A stretch of 63,883 nucleotides of DNA, the filler included, from Saprolegnia diclina VS20 (lineage: Eukaryota), in the NCBI RefSeq assembly GCF_000281045.1. It is 12 parts of 6 records of this genome, joined end to end, with 100 filler letters (N's around TTAATTAATTAA, not from the genome) between each part and the next. Parts side by side here need not be neighbours in the genome. Positions count along the whole stretch, not along the records: positions 22,461 to 26,674 come from NW_008246143.1; positions 26,775 to 32,216 come from NW_008246143.1; positions 32,317 to 46,134 come from NW_008246143.1; 9 more parts are not named here. The stretch is one strand, 5' to 3'. Shown in pieces: positions 23,113-35,434 of the stretch. The notes beneath the pieces were generated by a model. It saw only the letters and a program-made list of their open reading frames with translations. It was not told the origin of the DNA and made no database searches. Position 1 is the first letter of the stretch; each line of letters begins with the position of its first letter. Made by a program: the position numbers and the translations under genes.

Positions 23113-25935
23113 TTACGAGCTCATCGTTCGCGGGTTTTGAGGGCAACGCTCGTGGAGCAAGTGCGTCTTCCACCCGCGCTTGCGTGGGCCAATGTCGTCG
23201 TGGCACAACGGGCACCTGCTCCAATATAAGAGTCCGCAACCCAAAGCGTGTTGCGCACCGGTTGCCGTCGGCGGGGTCGGGCATCGGCACACAGTCGTTC
23301 TCTTGGACGTGCTGGTTAAAGTACTTGAGAGTGATGGCTTCGTGGCACGTAGGACACTCCTTGTGGTTTTGCTACCACCCCGAATGAGTATACGCTGGCG
23401 ACGACGTGATGCATACCTTGAGCTCGCACTCGACAAGCAAGTGCTCGTTGAGCGTGCTTATCTCGATGACCTGGCCACACATTTTGCACTGCGTGAGCAT
23501 CGGACACTCGGCCCAGAAATGCTGGTCGAGCCGCTCATTGTCAAACGCGTCATTGTGCTCGTCACAGAACGGACACGTGCCGTCGTCCACCGATGCGTTC
23601 GAGTCCGTGTCACTGCCAGCGTCCTGCGCCGGTGGCGCGCGCGATCGCGAGGCCGGTGCTTTGGAGGCGGGCGCCGGTGCTTTTGAGGCTGGCGCCGGTT
23701 TCTTCTTCGGGGCCGACGCCGCTTCGAACGCCGCCTCGTACTCTTCGAGCTGCTTTGGCCGCAGCGACTTGAGAAATGGCTCGACGTCCGCACCACCGAC
23801 CTACACGCGTGAGGACTGCATGGCACACACCGGCACACTACTTGATGCAGGAACACCGTGATGTCCTTTGCCAGCTCCCGAATGTCCTTGCTTTGGTGCG
23901 CAAACGCGCCATTCTCTTCCAAAAACGTCATGATCCCCTAGCAGAGTGTCCCACAGCGCACAACCTTGTGCGTGGTGCGTACAGGTAGCGAAAACTCCTC
24001 GGCCGTGGGACCAAACTGCAGAAGGAGGTCCTTCACAAGGCCCAATCGACCCTGCAGATGCTTGATGGCGAGGGCCTTCTTGGTCGTGCGACGGCAGACG
24101 TGACCACCAACGACGTTCGTCCCTACGTCGTCGGCCGCCGCGAGCTACGCACGAGTTGTGAGCTCCAAAGCTCACAAGGTCCAAGGACCTTGAGCAACAC
24201 GGCCGTGACTTCGTCGCGAATCTTGGCCTGCGGCTCGCCAAGTTTGTTGACCAGCTGCACGATGGGGTTGGCAAACTAGGTGGGCGTTGGGGTTGGCACT
24301 CGACTGGACGGAAGAGGACTACCGTGTGCGCGATGGCCTCGGCCCCAAGCACGTCGGCGTGGTCTTGGGCGTACTGCAGCATCGCATCGCATAGCGAGAG
24401 CGCTGAGAGCGACACCTGCGAGATGCGGTCGCCCACCCCGCTCTGCACGAGCGTCGAGAGGACGGAGAGAACACTCTCGGGCGACACTTCGTACGCGGGC
24501 ACATCGAGCTGGATCTTGCGCAGCGCAGCGTCTCTGTGGTTCCACACGTTGCTGTAAAAACACTGCGTCAGGTAGAGTCCGATGACATCGATCATCTCGG
24601 CGCTCTCCTTCTCGAGCGCCGACGGGAGCGGCTCGGGATCGCCGAGGTCGTCAACGTCGTCGAGGCCTAGCCGCCTTGGCAACATGTACATATCGTTATG
24701 CACGGTACCTTCAAAATGCGGGTTGGGTCCGCCCGACGTCGGTGCCGCGTGGTGCGCGTCGTCATCGCCGTCATCGGCGACGTGCGACGGTGCCTCTTGC
24801 ACAACGACGGCGGGCGGCGCTTTGCGCGGCGCCGGTTTTGGTAGCGACGGGACAGCCGGCGGGTACCCGCTTTCAACGTGCTCGGTGCGACTGGTTTGCT
24901 TGGCTGGCACCCGCGACGACGTTGGTAGCGGCACCCGACTCGAGTCGACCGCGGGGCGCGCCGGTGCTAGGCATACGTGTCGTCGTCTGTGCTGGCTAGG
25001 CACGTACCGTTCACGCCGAGGCTGAGCTCGTTCTCGAGCTGCGCGATCTCATCTTTGATGCGCTTAGCAGCGTCATAGTCTTCGTTCTCGACAGCGTCGC
25101 GCTTGGCTGCCTCAAGCCGAGCAAGCTGGAGGCCGACGCTCTTGAGCTGCTCCTCGAGCGCCTTCAAGCGCTTGGCCTACGCAACAGCATGCTGCAATGC
25201 AGTCGAGATAGCGTAGGTACCTGGTCGTAGTCTTCCATGGCGACAGCCTTCTCTTTCGCCAAGTGGATCTCGCGGATCTTGGCCGCCGTCTTGGCATCAA
25301 AGCGCATGTCATCCATGGACGCCGACGTCGATGGCGATGCGTCCTTGGGCGGCTGGCTCTTGGCCTTGGACACGGACCGCGTCGGCGTCGGCGCGGTCGG
25401 CAGTGGCTGGTGGACGTGGCTGAGCGAGTCGAGCTCGACCTCGTGCGCGGCTTCCTCTGGCACCTCGCCGTTGATGTTGATCGCGACGAGGCCCACTTGG
25501 CTGTACAAGTTCTTCTCGTTGATGTAGCACTGGTGCAGCTTGAGCTTGATGAAGCGTGTGAACGCATCGATATGCACCGTCTTGAGCTCCCGCGCCGTGT
25601 ACTGGCTTTCCTTGTTGGACTTGAGGCTCAAGAAGCCAAGCCGCGAGAAGGCCGCGCCGTCCGTCGAGAGGTACAGCTCGATCTTGGTCGCAATGTAGCA
25701 CTGGTGCGAAAGCACTTGGATCTGCGTGATGCGCGCTGTCGCCTCGAGCTCGATCACGAGCTCCTGCGGGTACTCGCAGTTCCTAACCCGAGGTCATGCC
25801 ATGGGACGCGCAGGAGTTGGCGTACTTTGGCGTGAGGTACCCGGTACCCGTGTTGTCATGCTCGTTGAGGAGCGCTGCGGGGCCCGCGGGGTCTTCGCCC
25901 GAGCAGCTCTGCACGTGGAAGCGAACCTTGCGCAT
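23113..25935 (-). CDS. CEP104: Centrosomal/ciliary protein CEP104 (FAP256), multi-exon
   Basis: N-terminal jelly-roll (CEYPQEL...IQVLSHQCYIATKIE...RLGFLSL..N..SQYTARELKTVHID), coiled coil (AKEKAVAMEDYD, KRDAVENEDYDAAKRIK), TOG/HEAT region (YSNVWNHRDAAL) and C-terminal zinc fingers (CPFC...LDQHFWAECPML..C..C.QVIEISTLNEHLLVEC...RCPLCHDDI...WKTHLL..RCPQNPR). Confidence 0.93.
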
Positions 25936-26244
25936 GCTGCGGAGCGGCCGGTCGAGATCCAAAGAGGCCAGGCGCCGATTTGTTTCGGCTGCTTGGATCC
26001 TATTTAGGCTTTTTGAGATTTCAATTGGGCTCAAATAGGAATTAGGTCACAAGCTTGCACTTTGTGTGCTGGCGAGCTGTGCTGGCGGGACTGTCGCCGC
26101 CAAGGTTTGCCCTGCATGCGTATTGCTGCTGCATGAACATGGATGCTGAATGAGCTGGCAGTGCCATAACGGACCCACGTACCTTGGCGTTCAGAGGTGG
26201 TGCGTCAGGGTACCGGTGTGCATACTCCTTTTTATGGACCCTGA

Positions 26245-26582
26245 GGGCCTCTCCAGCGGTTGGGTTTATGCTATAATCATAAACCCTCGGTGCCAAATCC
26301 GACCCGGTTTGGCCCAAAGCGGGTCGGATTTGGTGTAGTTTTATAGGCGGTTATTTTCGCTGATTGGCTGTTTTTATCTGAACGCATCGTCTATGATTGG
26401 CCAAAAATATGAGTGCCGAACATTGTATGAGATGTTTGCGTCATCAGTCTGCGACGCTTAAAAATAGCCCTGACCGCTGGCCGGCTCTAGTTCTATGTTA
26501 TGTTTTAAGTGGTCCCAAAGTCCGGATCCGAACATAAACGGACAAATATAGCATAACATAAACCCAACCGCTGGAGATGCCC
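26245..26582. mobile_element. 338-bp MITE, PIF/Harbinger (Tourist)-type
   Basis: Left end GGGCCTCTCCAGCGGTTGGGTTTATG and right end CATAAACCCAACCGCTGGAGATGCCC are 26-bp TIRs with 1 mismatch. Both are flanked by TGA (26242-26244, 26583-26585). No transposase-like ORF inside. Confidence 0.9.
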
Positions 26583-27511
26583 TGACAGACACCACGAGCA
26601 AATAATGCCCCGAGAGGAGCAAAAAGCTAGTGCCTGAAACATGCAGCAGTGATGGACGGAATGTCGAAAGACCTNNNNNNNNNNNNNNNNNNNNNNNNNN
26701 NNNNNNNNNNNNNNNNNNTTAATTAATTAANNNNNNNNNNNNNNNNNNNNNNNNNNNNNNNNNNNNNNNNNNNNTGGACAGCTGCGATAGTGACATGGCG
26801 TGGCTGTCGACGCTCGAGCCGCTTGACTTTAGCGTTGTCGTCTGAAGAGGGGCGAGCGTAGGACGAACATATGGTATTTGTTTTTGTTTGCACGTAGTAG
26901 TAGAATGCACTAAATTTGTAAACTCAGCTCATGACTTCAATCCTTTCAACTGGATGGCAATGTGGAAGATTCAAATTTCGGCTACGGAAGATAATTTCCG
27001 CTCACAAGCGCGAGTGAGCACAGAAGAATAGACGACTAGAAGAACGGCAGATATAGAAGGTAGAAAGATGGAAGTTTCACAGGTGCGGCCTTCATAGCTC
27101 CGTCACCAATGTCATTACGCATTTTGCATCGTAGAATCAAGCCATCTCCGTCAAGTCACGCCCAGCACCCTCTCTGCGTGCTCGTTTTTTACAAGCGAAC
27201 GTGAAATACCAGTAGCAGTGGTGGTAAAAGTTGGCTTGATGCAGGCTCATGGTGCATCGACACAGACTGAAAATACTAGTCGAATCACACTACCAGTAGT
27301 CTGGCTCATCACTGAATTGGCGCCAACGTGTCGAGTCGTGTCCCGAAACGTCAGCATGCAACATTTGTTTAGGACCTAAGGTTTCGTCGGTCTTTGTATC
27401 GCAGGTGCAGGTGTAAGTTTTGACATGCTAGTGCAAAATATTCAAAAACCAACAAGGAGCTGTCAATTGTGCAAAATAGATTATAAACCGGCAACAAGAT
27501 GGTCTTGCTGC

Positions 27512-28517
27512 CTACTCGGCCGACACGTTGACCACGATCTTGCCCTTGGCGCGGCGCGAATGCAGCTTTGCAAACGCGTCTTCGACGCCTTCAGGCGTAA
27601 ACGGAAACACGCTGTCAATGATGGGCTTGACATTTTGCGCCTCCAGAATGTCGGCGACGGCCTTGAAATCGACCGACTTTGGGTCCGCCAGCAGCAAATG
27701 CACGTTCGGACGGTATTGGCCGAGGCCCAAAAAGTGACGCAGCCACAACGAAATCTTGCCGTTGATGGCCACGTACGTGCCCTTCTCGTTCAGGACCGTC
27801 TGCGAGTCGACGAGGTAATCTTCGCCGCCACCGGAGGCCGACGCCGCGTCGTAGACAAAGTCAAAGTGCTTGACCCACTCGGGGTCCGTGATCGACTGCG
27901 TCTTGTAGTCGATGATGCGGTCGGCGCCCAGCGAGAGCACGAGCTCTTCGTTGGCCTTGGAGCAGACGCCGACAATCTCACGTGCGCCGAGACCCTTGGC
28001 GAGCTGGATCGCAGCCGTGCCGCAGCCGCCGCTGGCGCCGAGGATGAGGAGCGACTGGCCCGCCTTGAACCCATGGTTGACAAGCGCCTGGTAGCCAGTG
28101 ATGTAGGTCGTCGGCAAGGCGGCGCCTTCAATAAAGGTGAGCGACGCCGGGAGGATTGTCAGCGTTGAAGCTTGGCAGAGTGCGTGTTCTGCCAGCGACC
28201 CATGCGTGCTGCCAAAGACACGGTCGCCAACCGCCAGCGTCGTGACATCGGGGCTCACGGCCGTCACAACGCCAGCAACGTCAAGACCGACGCCCTTGCC
28301 TTGCATGAAAAGCGCCGGCAGCTTGTAATCTAACATGAGAGGATGCAATGTTGAGCGTGCCGGGCAAAGCGGAAGGCTTCGACGTACCGACGGGGTTGAT
28401 GGCCGCGGCCTTGACCTGCACGACGACGCTGTCCTTGGCGCCGACCGTTGGTGTCTTTGCCTTGGTCTTGAACCGGCGACCTTTGGGCGAAAAGATGTTG
28501 TATTGCACAGCACGCAT
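27512..28517 (-). CDS. Zinc-independent MDR-family NAD(P)H quinone oxidoreductase/enoyl reductase-like protein (intron 28330-28387)
   Basis: VQVKAAAINPV|DYK, GLDVAGVV, GDRVFG, ILGASGGCGTAAIQLAK, LGADRIIDYK, C-terminal RAKGKIVV. Confidence 0.92.
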
Positions 28518-30887
28518 TTTGGAAAATGACCTTGCATGTCAAGGGCGATCATCCGGATAATGTGACGATAGACAAAACTGCGCATACAATTCGCAAGTGT
28601 TTATGGCATGCGGACGATTTGATTGTGATGCGACCGCAGGCGCAATCCGAGTAGCCCCCACTGGACGCGACAGAACAATTGCAGAAAAGACTCGATTCCA
28701 ACCTCACAGCGGCGAACGAATCGTTGATATACACTGCACATTGTCAGCACAGACACAAGTCACTCGTGCTGCAGAGACATGGCGTCAGCATCGCTTGATA
28801 GGAAATTGAAGCTACAGTATGTGGAATCTTTGTCCTCGCAAGTTCAAGTGGCAAGCATTTGACCAAGCTTTTCAGTAGCTTGCTCGTGTCGTGCCCACTC
28901 GCCGGTGCCATTTATGAGCTTGCGCCGGACCGGCATCGATTCCAGTATATTGCAAATCGTTTCTCGAAACCGAGCTTAGTTCGCGTTTTGCTCGTGATCC
29001 GTGCCGAAAATGACGTCGTGGCTGTTCTGCTCTTCGGCACCACTCACTCTCGCAAGACCAACGTTCTCCAATGAGGATACAAGGGTCAATAAGAACATTT
29101 CTTATATATTGACCCTTGGGATATGGGCGTTTCAACGTGTCGGTAGAGTGTAGAAATAGAGTTTTTAGAAGGGCAGGCAAAGGCCAGCCAAACCTCGACA
29201 CTTTCAATTTGGCTTCGGCCTGCTAAGTCTCGATCTTGGGGCATGCCATCCTTCAGCTCTCGCAACAAAGCCACAAAACCGAAGAGCACCTGCGCGCAAC
29301 CTCTCCCGGGCACGACACCACAGGCGCTCTGTAGCTCGAGAGGGCGCAACGGCACCCGCTCCGCAAGCACAACCGCAGCATCAACCTGCTGTCTCCTGCT
29401 ACGACACCGGCTCTCCGACGCAAAAACAGGAGCGTCCCTCGTCCCGGTTGTCTCGCGCTTCAACACCGACGCTTGGCTCCACCGACGACACCGGAGCTTT
29501 GACGCAGCGATGGCAGCAGCGTCTTGGTCGTCTCGTGCGTCGACACCTTGCAGCAAGCAGCGCTTTCGCAGCATCGGCCCCAGCAACATCGACGCACGCG
29601 TGCTTCTCATGGAGTTCACGTTCGATGCACATTTGGTGCGTCATGTGCATGCGCGCCACAGCACCGCCGGACACCGGTGCGGCGACCCTGCAACAGGAAC
29701 AAGCCGCGCTTTTGAAGCGCCCGCTTATCGCCTTACCCCCCGCAACGGGTGCCTCCACCACGAGGACAACTCTTCGGCGTGCACGCCGTGCGTGCTAGAT
29801 CGGAAGAAGGCACCCACTGCCTCACAGACTTGACTGCGATGCCCATAGACGGTTGGCCGTGACACCGCCATTTGTGCTGCATTTCGACGTCGCCCAGCCA
29901 CGACTAGAACGCTCCGACCTCTGTCCAGCGACGTGGCCACGTCACCTCGCTCTGACCTCGGCGATGATGCATGAAGCAAACCCCGGCCTCGACATCGGCG
30001 ACAACAGGGGCAACAAAACCTCACCACTCGGCGTATCGGGCACTCGGTCAACGTTCTACACGAAATCCATCAGCAACGACGTCTGATGTGTCAGGTCATC
30101 TGCGCGGGCAGCGATGGGCAGCAGCAGGCAACACCTCCCGACAGCAACGTTGAAGTACTCAACGAGGCACGTCACGACGCGTCCACCACCGCCCCGACAT
30201 CAACACCCTACTGGGACCAAGTACCTCAAGCACTATCTGGGGGCTGCACTGCTGAGCCACTCTCGATGTCCGCGTCAATCGTTGACCGCGGTTCCAAGCC
30301 GATTCGATACCGGTAGTACTTCTATGGAACGACGGCAACGGCGTTCTGCCGTCCCCCGCCTCGACACCGATCCAAAGACGGTGGCAGCGTCCCGGTTGTC
30401 TCGAGCTTCGACACCGACGCTCCACTGCAACGAGATCAGCAGCGTCCCGGTCGTCTCTGGCTTCAACACCGACGCGTCGATGCGGTGACGGCAACGACAT
30501 CCTATCGCTCCCCGCGACGACACCAACGCTTCGATGAAGCACATCAACTGTAGCCACCCGGGTACGGCGCCACAGACTGTCGCGCAAGGCCGGTATCAAA
30601 GCGAGTGGCACGGCTAAAGGCGCCCAAGACGGTGCAAGCGCCGTTTCCAGCGACGCGCGTCAAGAGCGCTCAAACGACAAACGACACCATCACGGTCGCA
30701 TGCAGCCGTCACGTCGCAACAAACGCCAAGGCACGACGGCGTCGATCCGAAGAACCGCAGCTGCAGCGAGGAAGGCGCGCTACGTCCCCAGCTTGGCCCT
30801 GTCTACGACGACGCCCAACCGTCAGTCGAGCATCGCGCTCACCGTCGCCAAGCATCCGCCAACTCCTGAAACGTATTTATTTCAAGT

Positions 30888-30914
30888 ATCAATCAATCAA
30901 TCAATCAATCAATC
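30888..30914. repeat. (ATCA)n microsatellite
   Basis: atcaatcaatcaatcaatcaatcaatc directly visible. Confidence 0.9.
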
Positions 30915-31554
30915 TATATCTAGTATTGGAGCATCGAGGTTTTGATGGCTACGGGTGGCAACTTGTCCAGAGATGGACGCGAATACACTAACCGGGCGAA
31001 CTTTGCTGAGTAGTGTTGTACCAGTAAGAGGTGTGATGACTCACAGCCTGACGTTTGCAGACAGAATGTGGTGCTGGCTGTGGTCGTCCAACGCTGGGGT
31101 GTGGTCTGCTTCTGTTATGTCGTAGCTACCTTATTCGTAAAGGTTGCATGGCGATATGGTTACTAAGCCACGAAACTTGTTGCAAAGAAATACTTACTAG
31201 TACGTAGAAAATACCTTGGTGGAACGAAGAAAGCGTCATCTTCAGAAACTTGGCAGTTGGTTCGCGACCCATCGCGTGGAATACGATACTTGCGTTTTCG
31301 CTCCTCAAACGTCGAGCACGAAGAGTGGGGGCAAACAAGAGTATCTTGGCGCCCGCTAGCCATGTTGGGAGTGGCGTGGCGGAGCCCCAAAGAATGCGCC
31401 AAGTACTCGACGTCGGCTCGGCGCAAGCGGCGCCGTTGCACACAAGTAAACGACNNNNNNNNNNNNNNNNNNNNNNNNNNNNNNNNNNNNNNNNNNNNNN
31501 NNNNNNNNNNNNNNNNNNNNNNNNNNNNNNNNNNNNNNNNNNNNNNNNNNNNNN

Positions 31555-32216
31555 CCCAAGAAGTTTTGGACCACCAAGTCCATCGTCGGCGCCGTCGTCT
31601 TTTGCGGCGTCGTCTGCGCGTCCGTCGGCGCCTACTACGTCTACAACGGCAAGACGCACTCGACCACCGGTGACATCGTAAACCAGATCCAGCAGTCGCC
31701 CGGTCTCCGTGTCCAGATCCAAGCCAAGCGCTCCAGTATGGCCTTCAACGGCCAGACGTCGGCGACGGTCTATGTCGTGCCGCGCGCCGGGTCGGGTGCC
31801 AACCTCAAGTTTGACGCGTTCTTGTCGCAGCCCGGTCCCGAGGTCACGGCCAACTACATGTTGCTCGACGACCGCGCGTACTGGTCGATCGTCAAGGACA
31901 ATGCGACCGTGGCCACGGGGTGCTTGAACCCGGACCAAGTGCCGCCCGTGCAGCTGGTATGACCTATTTCGATGATCATTACCCAACATCGGAGACTCAT
32001 TGTATGTGATCTATAGATGCAATCGAGCCTCGAAGACTCGGTGGCGGTCACGAGTGTGGACGGCCAGACCATCGAGTGTCCGTCGGGCAAGCTCCTCGAG
32101 CTGCAGTTTGCCGGCGAGAACTTTGTCTTTTGCAACTCCAACACCAACAAGCTCACCAAGGCTGTGGGCACGGACCTCGACATGACGATCGAGTACTTGA
32201 GCGACCCGACGTCGAT
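31555..32216 (+). CDS. Oomycete-type membrane-anchored/secreted hypothetical protein, internal fragment between gaps (intron ~31957-32016)
   Basis: TM segment SIVGAVVFCGVVCASVGAYYV, then LRVQIQAKRSSMAFNGQ...YMLLDDRAYWS...GCL....VPP|...IECPSGKLLELQFAGENFVFC; strong GC3 bias. Resembles the N-terminus of an oomycete family often followed by an alpha/beta-hydrolase domain (recollection, unverified). Confidence 0.65.
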
Positions 32217-32315
32217 NNNNNNNNNNNNNNNNNNNNNNNNNNNNNNNNNNNNNNNNNNNNTTAATTAATTAANNNNNNNNNNNNNNNNNNNNNNNNNNNN
32301 NNNNNNNNNNNNNNN

Positions 32316-34331
32316 NGTCACAAGCATAATCTCGCCAGACGCGAGCGCAGCAGTTGCATCTGTCAATGTTGCGTTCACCGGCAATTCGTTGAGCACAACG
32401 CCAGCGGTGAAGTCACGCCAAGCTCCCGCGGCTTGCTGCTCGAGCTTCGTGAGGAAAACCGAGCCGCTGGCAGTCTGGAGCGACACGATTGACGAAGTGC
32501 GGTACGGCTGCGGCTTGGCGTGGGGCCCGGGCGCGTTGAGGCACGAGGTCACGAGCTCGTAGCTGTCGGTCGAAGTATCCACCGGCGACGCTGCAACGCG
32601 GAAGCCAGCGTGCTGGAAAAAGTGCGGACGGAAATGGTACCGCGCAAACTTGGAGCCACCGTTGTCGCCACTGCTCATGTACGAGCCGCCCATGATTACG
32701 TGGTGCTCGCCGTCAAAGCACGGCACGGTGAAGTCGTCGTAGACCGGGTGGATCTCGAAGCCCGGAAGCGGGCTCATGCGGTCCTCGCACCACTCCCACG
32801 CGTTGCCAAAGACGTCTCGAAAGCCGTTGCTGTTCGCGGGGTGTGCATCGACGGGTGTAAAGCTTGCAAACGCCACGTTCGTGTTGCGGCCCAACGCGGA
32901 AGCCATAGTCGCAGCTGCCGGCAGCTTCAAGATCGCGTCGCTCTGGTCGTTGGCCCGCTCGTGCTCCTCGCGCATGAGGTGGTGCATCGGCTCCGTGAGC
33001 ACGTGGTACACTTCGTCGGACGCCTCGTCTTTGGCTTGCTTCCACTTGCAGTATGCGTGCGCTTCATGGAGGTTGACTTGGGCCGGCCAGTTCCATTGCA
33101 TCGGAATTTCGTCGAAAATGGCTCGGAGCATGTACTCGTGACTGCCTTGCGGACCGTCTGGGCGCCAAAAGGCGGGCCATTTCGTGTTGCGGTATGAGCG
33201 CCACGCCCACCCCGTTGTCGTCCAGTACGAGGGATTGAGATACCCGGAGTCCTTGACAAACTGCCAGAACTCGCCGTTCGACACGAGCTGCGACGATGCA
33301 CGGAACGGCCCGACCTCAACGTCCTTGGCGCCGTACTCGTTGTCCCAGCCAAACGACGGGTAACTCGTGTTCTTCCCCAAGTGCACGGCCCCGCCGGCAA
33401 CGGTAACCATCGAGTTGGACGGGAAGTCGGTGCCTTCGACTGGTACCTTGGATCGGACGCGGCTGGCGCTGTCGTGATACGCCGGGAAGAGCGCCGGCTT
33501 CTCAAAGTTATCAACGTTGTGCTCTTGCATGAGCATCGACGACGTCTCGAGATGGATACGGTCATGCTCCATTGCCATAAAAAGCGCCCAAGTCTGCGAC
33601 GCCGGCGTAATCGGTGCGTGGCCATCCTCGAGCTCTGGGTGCGACAGCACAATCGATTTGATGAGGCCGTACACCTGGCGCCGATACGCTTGCATATCGT
33701 GGAGGCACGGCCATTCCTTCTCATTCTTGGACATATCGTCCCAGCGCATCTCATCAACGCCGACCTCGAATAGGTCCTCGAAGCCCGGGTTCACAGGACC
33801 CTGGAGCAGGCCGGCGAGGCGGCACTTGTTGACGTAGAAGCAGGTCGGGTGCCCGTAATAAAAGGCCATCGGGTGACGTAGGCCGTGCGGGGGCGGGACG
33901 ACAAAAGCCTCTTCGTTCTGGAAGCTCGAGAAGAGCATGTCCGTGAGTGCCCACGTGTTGTCCAAGTAGTCGAGAACGTCCTGGCGCGTGCACGTGGCGA
34001 GGTTCGTCATGGCGACTGAATGCAGTCGCCCGTCGTCGAGGAGGCCGGGGAACGCAGGGTCGTTGAATGGCGTGCGCGGCGTTGTCGTGTACCAGTCGAC
34101 CTCGGGCTGGATTCCGGATGCAGCCTCGATCGTGATCGCCACCTCGTCATTCGTGTTCTGGCGCGCCCGCACATGGACGTGCTGAGCACGGTCACGGCGA
34201 GGCAACTCCTTCGGGGCTTTCTGGTGATGACCGAGTGGCCCCGTAGGAGTCGACACCGCAGAGAGCGCACGGGCAAAATGGCGCTTGTTGGAGGTCACAA
34301 AGCGGCGCGGGAAGGACGTGATCGGCAACAT
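32316..34331 (-). CDS. ovoA: OvoA-family 5-histidylcysteine sulfoxide synthase (DinB-like + FGE-sulfatase domains), 3' partial
   Basis: LRHPMAFYYGH, FEVGVDEMRWDD, EHDRIHLETSS (HxxxHxE iron motif), FGWDNEYG, GNAWEW, HPVYDDF, RYHFRPHFFQHAGFR. Single uninterrupted ORF running into the linker. Confidence 0.92.
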
Positions 34332-35434
34332 ACTTTAGCTGAGTTGGTCGTTCGCAGAGGTAATGGGAAATGACCATGGCCGGGGTCCAAGCGTGGGCTC
34401 GAAATAGAACAAGCAGCAGCGCCAACGTCCTTCCTCGGACGTCGTTGGACGACAGCGGAAAGTGCACTCAATCATGCACCATACGTTATTGCTATCAAGA
34501 GCATCTCAGGTCCATCCACTGTAACACCCGCATTGGAATATTAAATTGCGAAAAATCGACGAAGAGACGTCCACACTCGGGGTTCCTGAACGACAACCCG
34601 CGCGCCGTCTCGATGTTCGATTGAGGTGTGATGGACACAGCAACAACAACAACAGTGTGCTGCCGCCCCAAGGGCTAAATAACGTTTGATTTTGCAAGCC
34701 GCTGCATGTTGAGTACTAGTACGCTGTACGGTATTGGCATCTGACGTGGCACGCTGTCGCTTGGGTAAAAGATACTACGCAAGCCACACGCAAGTGCAGT
34801 GGGTGCAGACGGTCGCCACAACCTTGATTCCGCCCACCGCATCTGCACCTGGTTCTAAGATGCGATTGAAGTTCAAACTGATGCGATGAGGTTCGAGCGA
34901 GCAACAAACGATTGTTCGCCTCAAAGTCGCACGCTCAGCTCGTGCGCTCAAGGCCAATTTCTGCACTTGATCACATTTGACCCATCCATTCAAATGGGAC
35001 TCGCTGACGACACCATACACAGTAGCGCAAGTCGCGCTGGTCTTCTTCGGACCTCATATGCTTCAAAATGCTGCAATCCAGGGGGTGCACATCACGACGA
35101 CATGGGGCTGCGATCACGAGTGCCAACGTTATGAGACCGTTGCTACCAGGAGTGCGCAAGTGAAGTCGAATGGCTTCGCATGTTTGGTTCGACCGACGCG
35201 ACGACGTCCACCGTCGTCGGGACAAACGTGCGAAAGATATGTCACCTGCCCACGGGCGAGCTTTCCCAACGGATAGCGGGTTCAAATCCAGCTGCGCGCA
35301 TGCAAATTCAATTGGCCGACCTCTGTGAACAAAACAGAAAAACCTGTAGGAAATATCTCAATAGACTCATTCCAACAACAACGGGCGAGCTTTCCCAAAT
35401 TTTTCACGTTTTACACCTTTCACACACACCAGTG

